NCBI GenBank assembly: GCA_036278915.1
Contig: DASUKB010000003.1
Coordinates: 1 to 51,252 of the forward strand
Source: Patescibacteria group bacterium
GTDB lineage: Bacteria > Patescibacteriota > Doudnabacteria > UBA920 > O2-02-FULL-48-8
Direction of reading: 5' to 3'
DNA: 51,252 nucleotides
Part shown: positions 34,964-44,100 of the stretch, piece by piece
Numbering within the stretch: the stretch's first letter is position 1
Layout: the number at the start of each line of letters is the position of its first letter
Notes under the pieces: generated by a model
The model's database searches: none
Seen by the model: only the letters and a program-made list of their open reading frames with translations
Told to the model about the DNA's origin: nothing
Program-made: the position numbers and the translations under genes

Positions 34964-36025
34964 TTATTTGGGCGGTGGTGGCAAGCGGGTGCCGGAAGAT
35001 TGGGTGTGCGCTGGTACCGGGGTGCCGCGAAAACATCCGATCGTATACGGGTATTCCCGCGTGAGCACATAATGGTACATATTTACGGTTTTGCCGTTCC
35101 AAGAAATTTCGCTGGTGATGCCGTGACATTCATCCAGATCGGCATTGGCATACTCGCGCCCATTGGCGTCATAAGGGCTAAATATTCCAAATCCGTCCAA
35201 GGCATATCCGACTAAGGCATTGTTTTCGTGTTCGTGGGGCATGCAGGAAGAAGGCCCGTGGTAGTGATATTCACCAGCGGATTGCGGGTGGCCGTTGCAG
35301 GAATCCTGCACTTCGTGAGCTACGGCGTCACGTCCCGCATCATCGAGTGCGTTGTATATGGCTACGCCGTTGAGCGCAAAACCGATGGCGCCCATGGGGA
35401 CGCAAGAGGGAGTGGCCGCGATTGTCGGATTTGCCGGCAGGGTAAAGTTGTCCTTTTGCGTTTCAATTGAATTTGGATTACGGTCGTATTGATAGGCCGG
35501 GTCTGTGGTCTGAATGGGAAAAATACCGGTAATAGCATTTACCGGCAGGCCGTTTCCCGATAAGACTCTGCTTATTCCACTTTGGATTGCGGAAAACACG
35601 GCATTGGGCCAAGCTACGGATCCTTGCACCGAGATCTTTTTGGTCAAATCCCAGGTAGTGCCCGAAATCCAACTGCCGGCATGATCGGCGCCTCCGCCAT
35701 TGAAACTGGTTTGGCAGCTGTAGACGTAACCTGATTTTGGAAATGAGGAGACCATGCCGTCTCCGAGCGGCAGAGCGTGAATATCTAAAACATCGGTTTG
35801 TACAATTTGCTTTTGTGTTACGGGTGTTTGCGGAGTGGTTTGTGGTGTTGCGGTTTCAGATGATTCCGGTTGCGGATTAGCAGGGGTTACGATCGGCAAA
35901 ACCGGTAATTGATTGCTACTTTGGGTTTGCGATTGCCTGGACCTTCGGCTGGTCGCAAACACAACAGCGCCGATTAGGACAACCAGACACAAGGCAGCAA
36001 GAGTGTATAAAGTAACTTTGTTCAT
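34964..36025 (-). CDS. YHYH-domain secreted/anchored protein
   Basis: N-terminal TM or signal, a Pro/Thr/Gln linker, and DSCNGHPQSAGEYHYHGPSSC, the YHYH signature. Confidence 0.8.
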   Translation of the reverse strand: MNKVTLYTLAALCLVVLIGAVVFATSRRSRQSQTQSSNQLPVLPIVTPANPQPESSETATPQTTPQTPVTQKQIVQTDVLDIHALPLGDGMVSSFPKSGYVYSCQTSFNGGGADHAGSWISGTTWDLTKKISVQGSVAWPNAVFSAIQSGISRVLSGNGLPVNAITGIFPIQTTDPAYQYDRNPNSIETQKDNFTLPANPTIAATPSCVPMGAIGFALNGVAIYNALDDAGRDAVAHEVQDSCNGHPQSAGEYHYHGPSSCMPHEHENNALVGYALDGFGIFSPYDANGREYANADLDECHGITSEISWNGKTVNMYHYVLTREYPYTIGCFRGTPVPAHTQSSGTRLPPPPK

Positions 36026-36161
36026 ACGTTAATTTTAGCAAAATAAAATAGATATGCTAAACAAGCTGGGCTGGCAGAAGCATTCGACCCTTCAATGGAG
36101 AAACTATTGAAAAAAGGTTTGTTTTGGGTTATTCTAAATCTGCAATAATTAAAACAAACAT

Positions 36162-36572
36162 ATGCACAAACAAACATTGCGCGAAGTGGCCAAATTTTTG
36201 GCTGGGCTTATAGCGGGGGATTTCCTGGCACTGCTTTGGCTTTATATGAGCGGCAGCTTGCCTTTTGATTTTATGGGGGTACAGTTCGACCAGCGGGCGG
36301 CGGCTTGGGGTATGGTTTTCGACTTGGTAATTATGTCGTTATTTATCCATTACGCCTGGTATTACAAAGACAAGCCGCGAAATACTTCCCGGCAATTCCA
36401 TGCGCTAATCGGGATTATCTTTGCGATCGTTGCAATCCTCCATCTGTCGCGCCTGATTTTTGGCTGGCAGCTAGAAGTTGGAAGCTGGATGGCACCTTAT
36501 TGGCTCAACGCCGTGGGAGCCGTGGTTGCGGCAACACTCTCGTACATCAGCTTCCATTTGGGTAGAAAGTAG
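36162..36572 (+). CDS. hypothetical 4-TM membrane protein
   Basis: 136-aa ORF with 4 hydrophobic helices. A terminator follows. Confidence 0.55.
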   Translation: MHKQTLREVAKFLAGLIAGDFLALLWLYMSGSLPFDFMGVQFDQRAAAWGMVFDLVIMSLFIHYAWYYKDKPRNTSRQFHALIGIIFAIVAILHLSRLIFGWQLEVGSWMAPYWLNAVGAVVAATLSYISFHLGRK

Positions 36573-36595
36573 TACAATATTTACGGAAAGATAAA

Positions 36596-36625
36596 ACAGT
36601 CCAACCTCGCGCTTGGGCTGTTTTG
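36596..36625 (+). terminator. rho-independent terminator
   Basis: ACAGTCCAA/TTGGGCTGT (one G-U pair) followed by TTTTG. Confidence 0.55.
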
Positions 36626-36861
36626 TTTGTGTTATCCATATTTTTGACCTAGCTTTTAACGCAGGCTATAAAATTGTCCCCGCTTTTAGCAAATTATTTG
36701 TGCCATTTGGCTATTGGTACGGGTTTATTTAAATCTTATAACATAGATAAGCAATAGTTTATATTTAATTCACCCTCACCCCGGCCAGCTCTCGGCAGCT
36801 GAAAGGTAGAGAATTTCTCTCCCGGATCGGGAGAGGGGGGTACTGAAAGGTGGAAAACCAA

Positions 36862-39318
36862 ATGAAAAAATTGTTTGCAGTAGGGGGGATGATCGGTTTG
36901 TCATTAATGTTTGTGGTTCCGAAAGCCAAAGCCTCTGGCGCGTACCTTTTGCTTTCTTCATACAGTGGTCAGCCCGGAAGCATGACGGAGGTTTCCGGCG
37001 CAGGTTTTGCGTCGCTTGATTCAGTGTCTATATTTGTAGGCACAAACACTTCACCCGCGGCTGTGACGCAAGCGTCAACCGCAGGTGACATAGCGCCGAT
37101 TGCGATTATGATTTCTGGCAACGTCCCGCCTGCGGCATCCATAGACATCACTGCCAAAGGCTCCTCGGGGCTTGAAGCTTCGATTCCGTTTTTTGTGAAT
37201 GGATATTATCCAACACTTACGATCGCGTCCACCGGCAACACGCCGGGCAGTACCGTTACAGCTACGGGCAGCGGTTTTGCGCCGAGTGAAAATATAAGCC
37301 TTACAATGGGTGATTTTGTGGCGCAGAATTTGTCTTCGGACAGTTCCGGCAATCTGGCCGCAGTAAGTTTTCAAATTCCGGAAATTGCAGCAGGTTCCTA
37401 TACGATCAACGCCCAAGGCGCGGTCTCGCAAACTCCGGCTACCGCATATTTTTATGTCGGCGGATTTTACCCGAACGTTTTCCCTTCGGCATTTTATTTG
37501 ATCCCCGGCCAGACTATAAACTTCAGCGGCGGGGGATTTGAACCAGGCGAGAGCGTCCAGGTGCTGGCTGGCTCATCCGTTGTAGCTGAATTCGCCACGG
37601 ACAACACCGGAGCTTACAAAAATGCCGGTACTTACACGATTCCTGTAACCACGCCAAGCGGGCCGATGTCATTTGTGCTTAAGGGCAGTTCAAGTGGAGC
37701 TTCAGTTTCGGCAGACATTACAATCGGCAAATTTAACCCGCAAGTATTTCCATCTTCTTACTTCCTGCTGCCCGGAAATATCGTTTCTTTTTCCGGCATC
37801 AACTTTGCCCCATATGAAGCAATCCGCATTTACGAAGGCGAAAATCCCGTAAGCCTCAATACTGTGATGGCCGACGCGCAAGGAAATTTTCCCGTCGACA
37901 GTCTGGGATTTGCCATACCCGCAAGCTTCGCCTCAACTAAACGCACGATTAAGATCGTGGGCGACGTAAGCCAGCAGCCGGTAACTTTGACTTTGGCTAT
38001 CGGTTCGTACACACCGCAGCTTGCCCCTTCAAGCTACTACATCAAACCCGGGCAGGATATAACCGTGGATGGCTGGGACTTTTTGCCAAAGGAAACGGTG
38101 GATGTCTGGCTGTCCAATATCGCTCAATCCAGTTTGACCGCAAACAGTACGGGTAATATAAAAATCGGTCCGGTAACCGTACCGTTTCACTTGCCAACAT
38201 TAAGCTTCAAAACTTACGGCGAGCAAAGCGGAGGCACCGCCAGTCTTGATATTCCGATTAGTAATTTATTCCCGACTGTCACTGCCAGTTCCTACTACGT
38301 TACTCCAGGGGCAAGCGTGTCGTTTTCCGGCGGAGCATTCGCAGCAGAAGAAGTTGAAGTCAGCGAAGAGGATGCCGGAGGGAACACGCTGCAGCTTGGC
38401 ACTATCCATACCAATCCGGACGGATATTTGCTGGACAACAGTTTTCCGATCGGTTTGAACACGCCAGCCGGTGATGATGTCTTCACATTTAAGGGCCAGA
38501 GCAGCGGCGCAGAAAATTCAGTGACAATAAGCATTGCCAACTTTATCCCCCTGCTTTCTTCGGATAATTATTATCCAATGCCCGGCAGCACCATTCATAT
38601 TTGGGCCAGCGGATTTGGACCATTGGAGAATTTAGATGTTTCAGTGGATGGGCAAATCGTAACTCAAGCCATGGCTGACCAGGTGGGGAGCGCCGGACCA
38701 ATTGCTGTGACATTGCCGCTTCGCGAAACTTCCACTGTCATAAGCGTGCTGGGAGAGGCAAGTGCTGCCACGCAAAGTATGACCTTGGGATTGTCAACAT
38801 TCAGCCCAGTGGTTTCGGCCTCAACCTACTACACGCTTCCGGGTACACAAATTAGTTTCAGCGGCTGGGGTTTTGCGCCAAATGAAAATGTGTCCATTTC
38901 ATCACCAGATGGAAGTATAGCTACAGTAGTCACCGACAGCGATGGAAAATTCACATCCGATAAGTTCACGATTCCGTTTGGAGCCAAGAATTCAATTTCT
39001 TACACCATTGTCGGCGACCAGTCAGTGCAGTCCAACACGATTACTGTTTCTCTGGGCAGCTACACGCCATATCTGTTGCTTAGCCTCTACTACGGTAATG
39101 CCGGCGCAAGTTTAACTGTTTCAGGAGCCGACTTTGCCCCGGGCGAGACTGTAAGCGTATCGTTCGGCGGGCAAGATTTGGGTACGGCCACAACCGATAC
39201 CACAGGCCAATTTGCCCTGGACACAGCAGTACCGGCAGGTTCTGGAAGTGTCTCGGTTTCCGCATCAGGAGCATCAAGCGGCGGCGTGGCGAGCACAACG
39301 TTTACATTTGCCAATTAA
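36862..39318 (+). CDS. secreted surface protein with 9 tandem ~90-aa Ig-like (IPT/TIG-like) repeats
   Basis: Signal peptide MKKLFAVGGMIGLSLMFVVPKAKA. Nine repeats of F.P.(V/L).PS.YY..PG..I.FSG.GF.P.E.V. Start placed at ATG 36862 (GGTGGA SD); the track starts at GTG 36850. Confidence 0.8.
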   Translation: MKKLFAVGGMIGLSLMFVVPKAKASGAYLLLSSYSGQPGSMTEVSGAGFASLDSVSIFVGTNTSPAAVTQASTAGDIAPIAIMISGNVPPAASIDITAKGSSGLEASIPFFVNGYYPTLTIASTGNTPGSTVTATGSGFAPSENISLTMGDFVAQNLSSDSSGNLAAVSFQIPEIAAGSYTINAQGAVSQTPATAYFYVGGFYPNVFPSAFYLIPGQTINFSGGGFEPGESVQVLAGSSVVAEFATDNTGAYKNAGTYTIPVTTPSGPMSFVLKGSSSGASVSADITIGKFNPQVFPSSYFLLPGNIVSFSGINFAPYEAIRIYEGENPVSLNTVMADAQGNFPVDSLGFAIPASFASTKRTIKIVGDVSQQPVTLTLAIGSYTPQLAPSSYYIKPGQDITVDGWDFLPKETVDVWLSNIAQSSLTANSTGNIKIGPVTVPFHLPTLSFKTYGEQSGGTASLDIPISNLFPTVTASSYYVTPGASVSFSGGAFAAEEVEVSEEDAGGNTLQLGTIHTNPDGYLLDNSFPIGLNTPAGDDVFTFKGQSSGAENSVTISIANFIPLLSSDNYYPMPGSTIHIWASGFGPLENLDVSVDGQIVTQAMADQVGSAGPIAVTLPLRETSTVISVLGEASAATQSMTLGLSTFSPVVSASTYYTLPGTQISFSGWGFAPNENVSISSPDGSIATVVTDSDGKFTSDKFTIPFGAKNSISYTIVGDQSVQSNTITVSLGSYTPYLLLSLYYGNAGASLTVSGADFAPGETVSVSFGGQDLGTATTDTTGQFALDTAVPAGSGSVSVSASGASSGGVASTTFTFAN

Positions 39319-39327
39319 TTAGAAATT
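39316..39327 (+). repeat. TAATTAGAAATT motif, copy D
   Basis: Exact 12-mer overlapping the stop codon of the surface-protein gene. Confidence 0.5.
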
Positions 39328-39330
39328 TAC

Positions 39331-39360
39331 AAAAAGCGCTGGATTATCCTTGCGCTTTTT
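39331..39360 (+). terminator. rho-independent terminator
   Basis: AAAAAGCGC/GCGCTTTTT stem with a 12-nt loop. Confidence 0.65.
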
Positions 39361-39363
39361 GTT

Positions 39364-39666
39364 ATGATACGTTTTGTTATGAAGATATTTTCTCGGAGAG
39401 TTGAAGATTTCGTTTGCGCCAATTGCGGGTTTAAAGTTTCTGGCAATGGCTATACCAATCATTGCCCGCGATGTTTGTACAGCAAGCACGTCGACATAAA
39501 TCCCGGCGATCGGGCGCATTTCTGCGGCGGACTCATGGAGCCCGTGGGATATGATGCCAAAAAAGGAATTTTGCACCGCTGCGTGGTTTGCAAATTTGAA
39601 CGGTACAATAAACTGCAGGAAAACGATAATTCTGATAAGATAATAGAGCTTTCCGCCCTGGTCTAG
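39364..39666 (+). CDS. RNHCP domain protein (zinc-ribbon)
   Basis: FVCANCGFKVSGNGYTNHCPRCLYSKHVDINPGDRAHFCGGLMEPVG...CVVCKF. The start may be ATG 39379. Confidence 0.75.
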   Translation: MIRFVMKIFSRRVEDFVCANCGFKVSGNGYTNHCPRCLYSKHVDINPGDRAHFCGGLMEPVGYDAKKGILHRCVVCKFERYNKLQENDNSDKIIELSALV

Positions 39667-39684
39667 AATTAGTCAACTTAGCAT

Positions 39685-39759
39685 GTCTCCGTGGTGAAAT
39701 GGATATCACAACGGTCTTCGGAACCGTTATTGGGGGTTCGAATCCCTCCGGGGACACCA
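39685..39759 (+). tRNA. tRNA-Arg (anticodon TCG), CCA encoded
   Basis: Manual cloverleaf: acceptor GTCTCCG/CGGGGAC (one G-U pair), D-arm GTGA/TCAC, anticodon arm ACGGT-CTTCGGA-ACCGT, T-arm GGGGG-TTCGAAT-CCCTC, discriminator A, CCA. Confidence 0.88.
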
Positions 39760-39763
39760 ATGT

Positions 39764-40255
39764 ATGTCGGACAAAAACCAAGCCTTTACGTTAATTGAAC
39801 TTTTGGTAGTTATAGCTATCATCGGAATTTTGGGGACAATCGTGCTCGTGGCCTCAAGGACTGCCACAGGCAAGGCTCGCGATGCCAGGCGCAAAAGTGA
39901 TCTTGGCGAAATTGGAAAATTTCTTTCGGGCTCCGACTGCTATATCCCAAACGCCGGAGTTGGAGACTACGACATTGCTGCGCTTGTACCAGAGCTTAAG
40001 GCCAAGTACTCGCAATACTCGTCGTTAATCTCAGCGCCCAAAGATCCCAAGTCCGGCACGGATGCAGAGACTAATTACCGCTACGTTGTTTCGGATACAA
40101 ATCACTGCGTGCTTTATGCCAATTTGGAAAATGAAAATGAACAGATAACACTGGCATCATTGAATGCCCCCACGGCAGGGGGAGGCACTGGAGTTCTGAA
40201 GGGGTCGGCAACTGGGCCAAATGGCACAAATATTTATTATCAAATTGGGAAGTAA
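39764..40255 (+). CDS. type IV pilin / prepilin-type N-terminal methylation domain protein
   Basis: MSDKNQAFTLIELLVVIAIIGILGTIVLVA class III signal. At 163 aa it is a likely major pilin candidate. Confidence 0.85.
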   Translation: MSDKNQAFTLIELLVVIAIIGILGTIVLVASRTATGKARDARRKSDLGEIGKFLSGSDCYIPNAGVGDYDIAALVPELKAKYSQYSSLISAPKDPKSGTDAETNYRYVVSDTNHCVLYANLENENEQITLASLNAPTAGGGTGVLKGSATGPNGTNIYYQIGK

Positions 40256-40284
40256 TCTGCTATAATAACTTTATGAATCCGTTA

Positions 40285-40310
40285 GAAATTCGGACCAAGT
40301 CCGAAATTTC
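40285..40310 (+). terminator. hairpin downstream of the pilin gene (weak terminator)
   Basis: GAAATTCGGAC/GTCCGAAATTTC stem with one bulge and a CAA loop. The U-tract is poor. Confidence 0.35.
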
Positions 40311-40367
40311 GCATAATTTAAATTTAAACGGGGAGCAACAATAATTAAGGATTATTTATCAAACGGG

Positions 40368-40949
40368 ATGAAAACAGTAGGAATTATAATCGTAACTTTG
40401 GTCATCGTGTTTGGCGCCGCGTGGCTTCTGTTCACCAAAGGCAATACGTCGCTTGATCAAAAGCTGGCCAACCAGCCGGGAGATTTTTCCCACGTACCAA
40501 GTGATGACGAGCTGATGGCCGGACTCAAAAACGCCGGGCTGGCCGCACTTTCGGCAGAAGGCACGGTCATGCACATCCACCAGCACCTGGATATTATTAT
40601 CAACGGCCAGGCAATCGTCATTCCGGCGGACATTGGCATAGGCACGACATTTATCTCTCCGATACATGTCCACGACACGACCGGAGTCTTGCATGTGGAA
40701 TCGCCTGTGGTAAAAGATTTTACATTGGGCGAGTTTTTCACCGAGTGGGGAGTTAAATTTGACGACAATTGTGTCTCCACATTCTGCGCTGACGATACCC
40801 ATAAACTGATCGTAGCAGTCAACGGCCAACCGATTACCAATGCGGCCAATTATGTGCTGAAGGCTCACGATGAAATTGAAGTCTGGTACGGGCCAACGGA
40901 TCAAAACCCTACGTTTATACCAAGCTATACATTTGCCGCCGGCCTCTAA
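40368..40949 (+). CDS. hypothetical exported protein (N-terminal TM anchor, His-rich core)
   Basis: MKTVGIIIVTLVIVFGAAWLLF, then HIHQHLDIIING....ISPIHVHDTTGVLHVES. No family name recalled. Confidence 0.6.
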   Translation: MKTVGIIIVTLVIVFGAAWLLFTKGNTSLDQKLANQPGDFSHVPSDDELMAGLKNAGLAALSAEGTVMHIHQHLDIIINGQAIVIPADIGIGTTFISPIHVHDTTGVLHVESPVVKDFTLGEFFTEWGVKFDDNCVSTFCADDTHKLIVAVNGQPITNAANYVLKAHDEIEVWYGPTDQNPTFIPSYTFAAGL

Positions 40950-41001
40950 GCCTCCGATAAGACACCGGATTCTTCCGGTGTTTTTAAATTTGTGAATATT
41001 G

Positions 41002-41010
41002 TGGTATAAT
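41002..41010 (+). promoter_or_regulatory. extended -10 element TGGTATAAT
   Basis: TGGTATAAT lies 33 nt upstream of TTG 41044. Confidence 0.4.
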
Positions 41011-41043
41011 AAAAAGGTTCAAGAATCAAAATAGGAAACCAAA

Positions 41044-42711
41044 TTGGACATAAATAAAATCAAACAAATCATCAAAGGAGATGTTGAGTCAGACGCAAAA
41101 ACTCTTTCAGACTTCAGCCGCGATGCCAGCATTTACCGGCTCAGGCCGCAGGTAGTGGTGTTTCCCAAAGACGTAGATGACATCAAGGCATTGGTCAAAT
41201 ACGTGTCTGAGCAGAAAGAGGCAGGGCAGGATATTTCGCTCACAGCGCGCTCGGCCGGCACGGATATGACCGGCGGTCCTTTGAGCGAGTCCATAGTTTT
41301 GTCCATGACCCGCTACTTCAACCACATCAAAAAAATCGGAAAAGATTTTGCCGTGGTTGAGCCCGGAGTTTACTATCGCGATTTCGAAAAAGAAACCTTG
41401 AAACAGCATCTGCTTTTGCCCAGCTATCCGGCCAGCCGGGAACTGTGCACCGTAGGGGGCATGGCCGCCAACAATTCCGGCGGCGAATTGAATTTGCTGT
41501 ATGGCAAAACGGAAAACTATGTCCAGGAACTCAAAATGGTTTTGCGCGACGGTCGAGAATACACATTCGTGCCATTAAACCATGCGCATCTGCAAGCCAA
41601 AATGTCGCAAGGCGATGTGGAGGGTGAGGTTTATCTCAAACTTTATGATCTTATTGATAAAAATTACCACGAGATCAAAGCAGCCAAGCCCAACGTCTCC
41701 AAAAATTCCGCCGGATATTATCTCTGGAATGTTTATGACCGGCAATCAGGGACGTTTGATATTACCAAAGTCATAGTCGGCTCCCAGGGGACATTTGGCA
41801 TTATTACGGAAATTAAATTTGGCCTGGTCCGTCCGAAAGCTCGCGAGCACCTGCTGGTGGTATTTTTAGACAGTCTCCACGACCTGGCCCCTATAACCAA
41901 CCACCTGCTTCAGTTCAAACCGCAATCCATAGAATCTTACGACGACCACACTTTTAAGGTGGCGATTAAACTTTTGCCGGATATTTTATCCCGCTTGCGC
42001 GGCAATGCCATCAAATTAGCATTCAGTTTTTTGCCAGAACTCTGGATGACCATAACCGGCGGTGTGCCCAAACTGGTGCTTTTGGCGGAATTTTCATCGG
42101 ATGATGATGCAGATGCCATAACTCGCGCCAAGGAAGCGCAAGAAAGCTTGCGAGAATTTTCCGCCAAAGGCGGATCCGCCTTTGGCGGACACCTTCGTAC
42201 GAAACTGGTACTGGCCGAATCCGACGCGCAGAAGTATTGGGTCATACGCCGCGAAAGCTTTAACATGCTCCGGCATCACGTTCGCGGCATGCGCACCGCG
42301 CCGTTTATAGATGATTTTGTGGTCCGACCGGAAGTTCTGGGTGAATTTTTGCCGAAACTTTATCAAATTCTAGATAAATATAAATTGCTCTACACAATCG
42401 CGGGCCACGTCGGCGACGGGAATTTCCACATTATCCCGCTTATGAAAGTTGGTGATCCGAAAGCCTCCGAAGTCATCAAAAATTTGGGCGAGGAGGTTTA
42501 CGACCTCGTGCTTGAGTACAAGGGTTCGATCACCGGTGAGCATAATGACGGTCTGGTGCGCGGGCCATATTTGGGGAAAATGTATGGTCCGGCTGTGGAG
42601 GAATTGTTTTTGGAAACCAAGAAAATTTTTGACCCGGACGACATTTTCAATCCGGGTAAGAAGGCCGAGGCTTCGCTTGAGTTCGGTCTCAAGCATTTGG
42701 ACTTTAGTTGA
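41044..42711 (+). CDS. FAD-linked oxidase (GlcD / D-lactate dehydrogenase-like)
   Basis: TTG start. PQVVVFPKDVDDIKALVKY, ARSAGTDMTGG FAD-binding PCMH motifs, and C-terminal GSITGEHNDGLVR and IFDPDDIFNPGK. Confidence 0.85.
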   Translation: MDINKIKQIIKGDVESDAKTLSDFSRDASIYRLRPQVVVFPKDVDDIKALVKYVSEQKEAGQDISLTARSAGTDMTGGPLSESIVLSMTRYFNHIKKIGKDFAVVEPGVYYRDFEKETLKQHLLLPSYPASRELCTVGGMAANNSGGELNLLYGKTENYVQELKMVLRDGREYTFVPLNHAHLQAKMSQGDVEGEVYLKLYDLIDKNYHEIKAAKPNVSKNSAGYYLWNVYDRQSGTFDITKVIVGSQGTFGIITEIKFGLVRPKAREHLLVVFLDSLHDLAPITNHLLQFKPQSIESYDDHTFKVAIKLLPDILSRLRGNAIKLAFSFLPELWMTITGGVPKLVLLAEFSSDDDADAITRAKEAQESLREFSAKGGSAFGGHLRTKLVLAESDAQKYWVIRRESFNMLRHHVRGMRTAPFIDDFVVRPEVLGEFLPKLYQILDKYKLLYTIAGHVGDGNFHIIPLMKVGDPKASEVIKNLGEEVYDLVLEYKGSITGEHNDGLVRGPYLGKMYGPAVEELFLETKKIFDPDDIFNPGKKAEASLEFGLKHLDFS

Positions 42712-42760
42712 CTTAGGCAATCTTGTATTTTATAATAATTTTGTGAATTAAGATCGAAAT

Positions 42761-43426
42761 ATGCGAAATAAATTCAAATGGATTTCCGCACTGTGTTTGG
42801 TAACTATGCTTTTTGTGTCTGCCCAGGCTTATGCGGATGACTCCGGGGTATTGCAAGATGATTCAAGCAGTTCCCGCGTTATTCTCGACCCGCTTCCGCC
42901 GAGGCTTCAGCAGAGCCAGACTCAAACTCAGACGAAGCTTTCAGCAGCAAAGGCCAAATTGCGCCAAGGTAGGATTGTAGCTATCGGCAAGGTGTATGCG
43001 GCCCAGATTGACCGCGCGCAAAAAGCGCTGGACCGCATGCAGGAAATTATGGACCGGCTCCAGGCCCAGCGGGCCAAACTCACCGGCGCCACGGATGCCG
43101 ATCTTGCAGCCATTGATGCGCTTATAAGCCAAGCTCAAACCCAAAAACAAACCGTAGTTACGGATTTGGCAAACGTTAAGTCCGCGGCCGATGCTATAAA
43201 AACTACTCTGTCGCAGATTAAATCCGACACGGATAATTCCGACGATACGTCCACGACCAACATTTCCAATCTTAAACAGCAGGTTAAGGATTTCCAGACC
43301 AAAGTCAAAACCCTCAAAAAAGATCTTATAACGCTTCACCAAACACTTACGTCAATCTTGCAGAAGATGCGTGCCGCACAAAGCAGTAAAGCCACCACAC
43401 CAACTGCAGGAGAGGAGAACCAATAA
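42761..43426 (+). CDS. hypothetical secreted coiled-coil protein
   Basis: Signal peptide ...MLFVSAQAYA followed by Gln/Ala/Lys-rich heptad-like sequence. Confidence 0.55.
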   Translation: MRNKFKWISALCLVTMLFVSAQAYADDSGVLQDDSSSSRVILDPLPPRLQQSQTQTQTKLSAAKAKLRQGRIVAIGKVYAAQIDRAQKALDRMQEIMDRLQAQRAKLTGATDADLAAIDALISQAQTQKQTVVTDLANVKSAADAIKTTLSQIKSDTDNSDDTSTTNISNLKQQVKDFQTKVKTLKKDLITLHQTLTSILQKMRAAQSSKATTPTAGEENQ

Positions 43427-43702
43427 ATGAAAACCAGAATTAGCATAGCCGTTGCGGTTTTGGTACTGGCAGTTGTGTTCGGGTTTATTTTCTGGAACCA
43501 ATTCAGTAATTCTCAGCAGACGCTGGCCGGAGCCAATCCGAACCCTGTTTCTTCAAATTCCAATTCCTCCAATCAGGCTGCGATCAAGTCCGATGTCCCG
43601 ACAAACGACAGTCTGGACGCAATCGGTACGGATTTGTCCGGTGTGGACACCAACATAGACAGCGATTCCAGCCAAATGGATGCTCAGCTCAACGGGTTTT
43701 GA
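43427..43702 (+). CDS. hypothetical single-TM protein
   Basis: The start abuts the upstream stop (TAAATG). TM segment IAVAVLVLAVVFGFIFW. Confidence 0.5.
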   Translation: MKTRISIAVAVLVLAVVFGFIFWNQFSNSQQTLAGANPNPVSSNSNSSNQAAIKSDVPTNDSLDAIGTDLSGVDTNIDSDSSQMDAQLNGF

Positions 43703-43710
43703 AAATTCGC

Positions 43711-43739
43711 TTGACGGGAATTTAAATCAGGAATAAGAT
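43711..43739 (+). promoter_or_regulatory. sigma70-like promoter
   Basis: TTGACG (43711-43716), 17-nt spacer, TAAGAT (43734-43739). Confidence 0.4.
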
Positions 43740-43765
43740 AATTTTACAATTTAGATTTTAGACAA

Positions 43766-43787
43766 GGCGGCGAAAGCCGTCTTTTTT
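43766..43787 (+). terminator. GC hairpin (GAAA loop) plus U-tract abutting ATG 43788, twin of 263-284
   Basis: GGCGGC(43766-43771)-GAAA-GCCGTC(43776-43781) followed by TTTTTT and then ATG. Confidence 0.4.
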
Positions 43788-44033
43788 ATGCTCGAACAAA
43801 TTAATGAACCAATCGAAGTTGTGACAATTTTTAGGCAAGGCAAGGCCGTGCCATTTAAGTTTCTATGGAACAGCAAAGAGTATTTAGTTAAAAAAGTTAA
43901 CCTTTCATATTCATCGCGCGAAGGCCAAGGCAAAATCTACTACTTTGCCGTTTCCGACAGTGTAAATTACTTTAAGCTGCAGTTTGACACCGAGACTTTA
44001 AATTGGACACTGCTAGAAAGTTATATAGAATAA
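43788..44033 (+). CDS. hypothetical 81-aa protein
   Basis: Clean ORF with beta-rich composition. No domain recognised. Confidence 0.5.
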   Translation: MLEQINEPIEVVTIFRQGKAVPFKFLWNSKEYLVKKVNLSYSSREGQGKIYYFAVSDSVNYFKLQFDTETLNWTLLESYIE

Positions 44034-44097
44034 ATTGACCTAATTTCTAAACAGGGCGCTAGTTTAGATCAATTAGAAATTAGAATAATTAGCAATT
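44032..44097. repeat. dispersed AT-rich palindromic element, copy B
   Basis: AAATTGACCTAATTTCTAAA (identical 20-mer to copy A), with arm CCTAATTTCTAA 44039-44050 pairing TTAGAAATTAG 44073-44083. Followed by TAATTAGCAATT 44086-44097, directly before ATG 44101. Confidence 0.7.
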
Positions 44098-44100
44098 TTT

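Noticed and set aside
40359-40904. 181-aa and 130-aa minus-strand ORFs
   Set aside because: They are antisense to 40368-40949, which has a clean signal anchor and conserved-looking His motifs.
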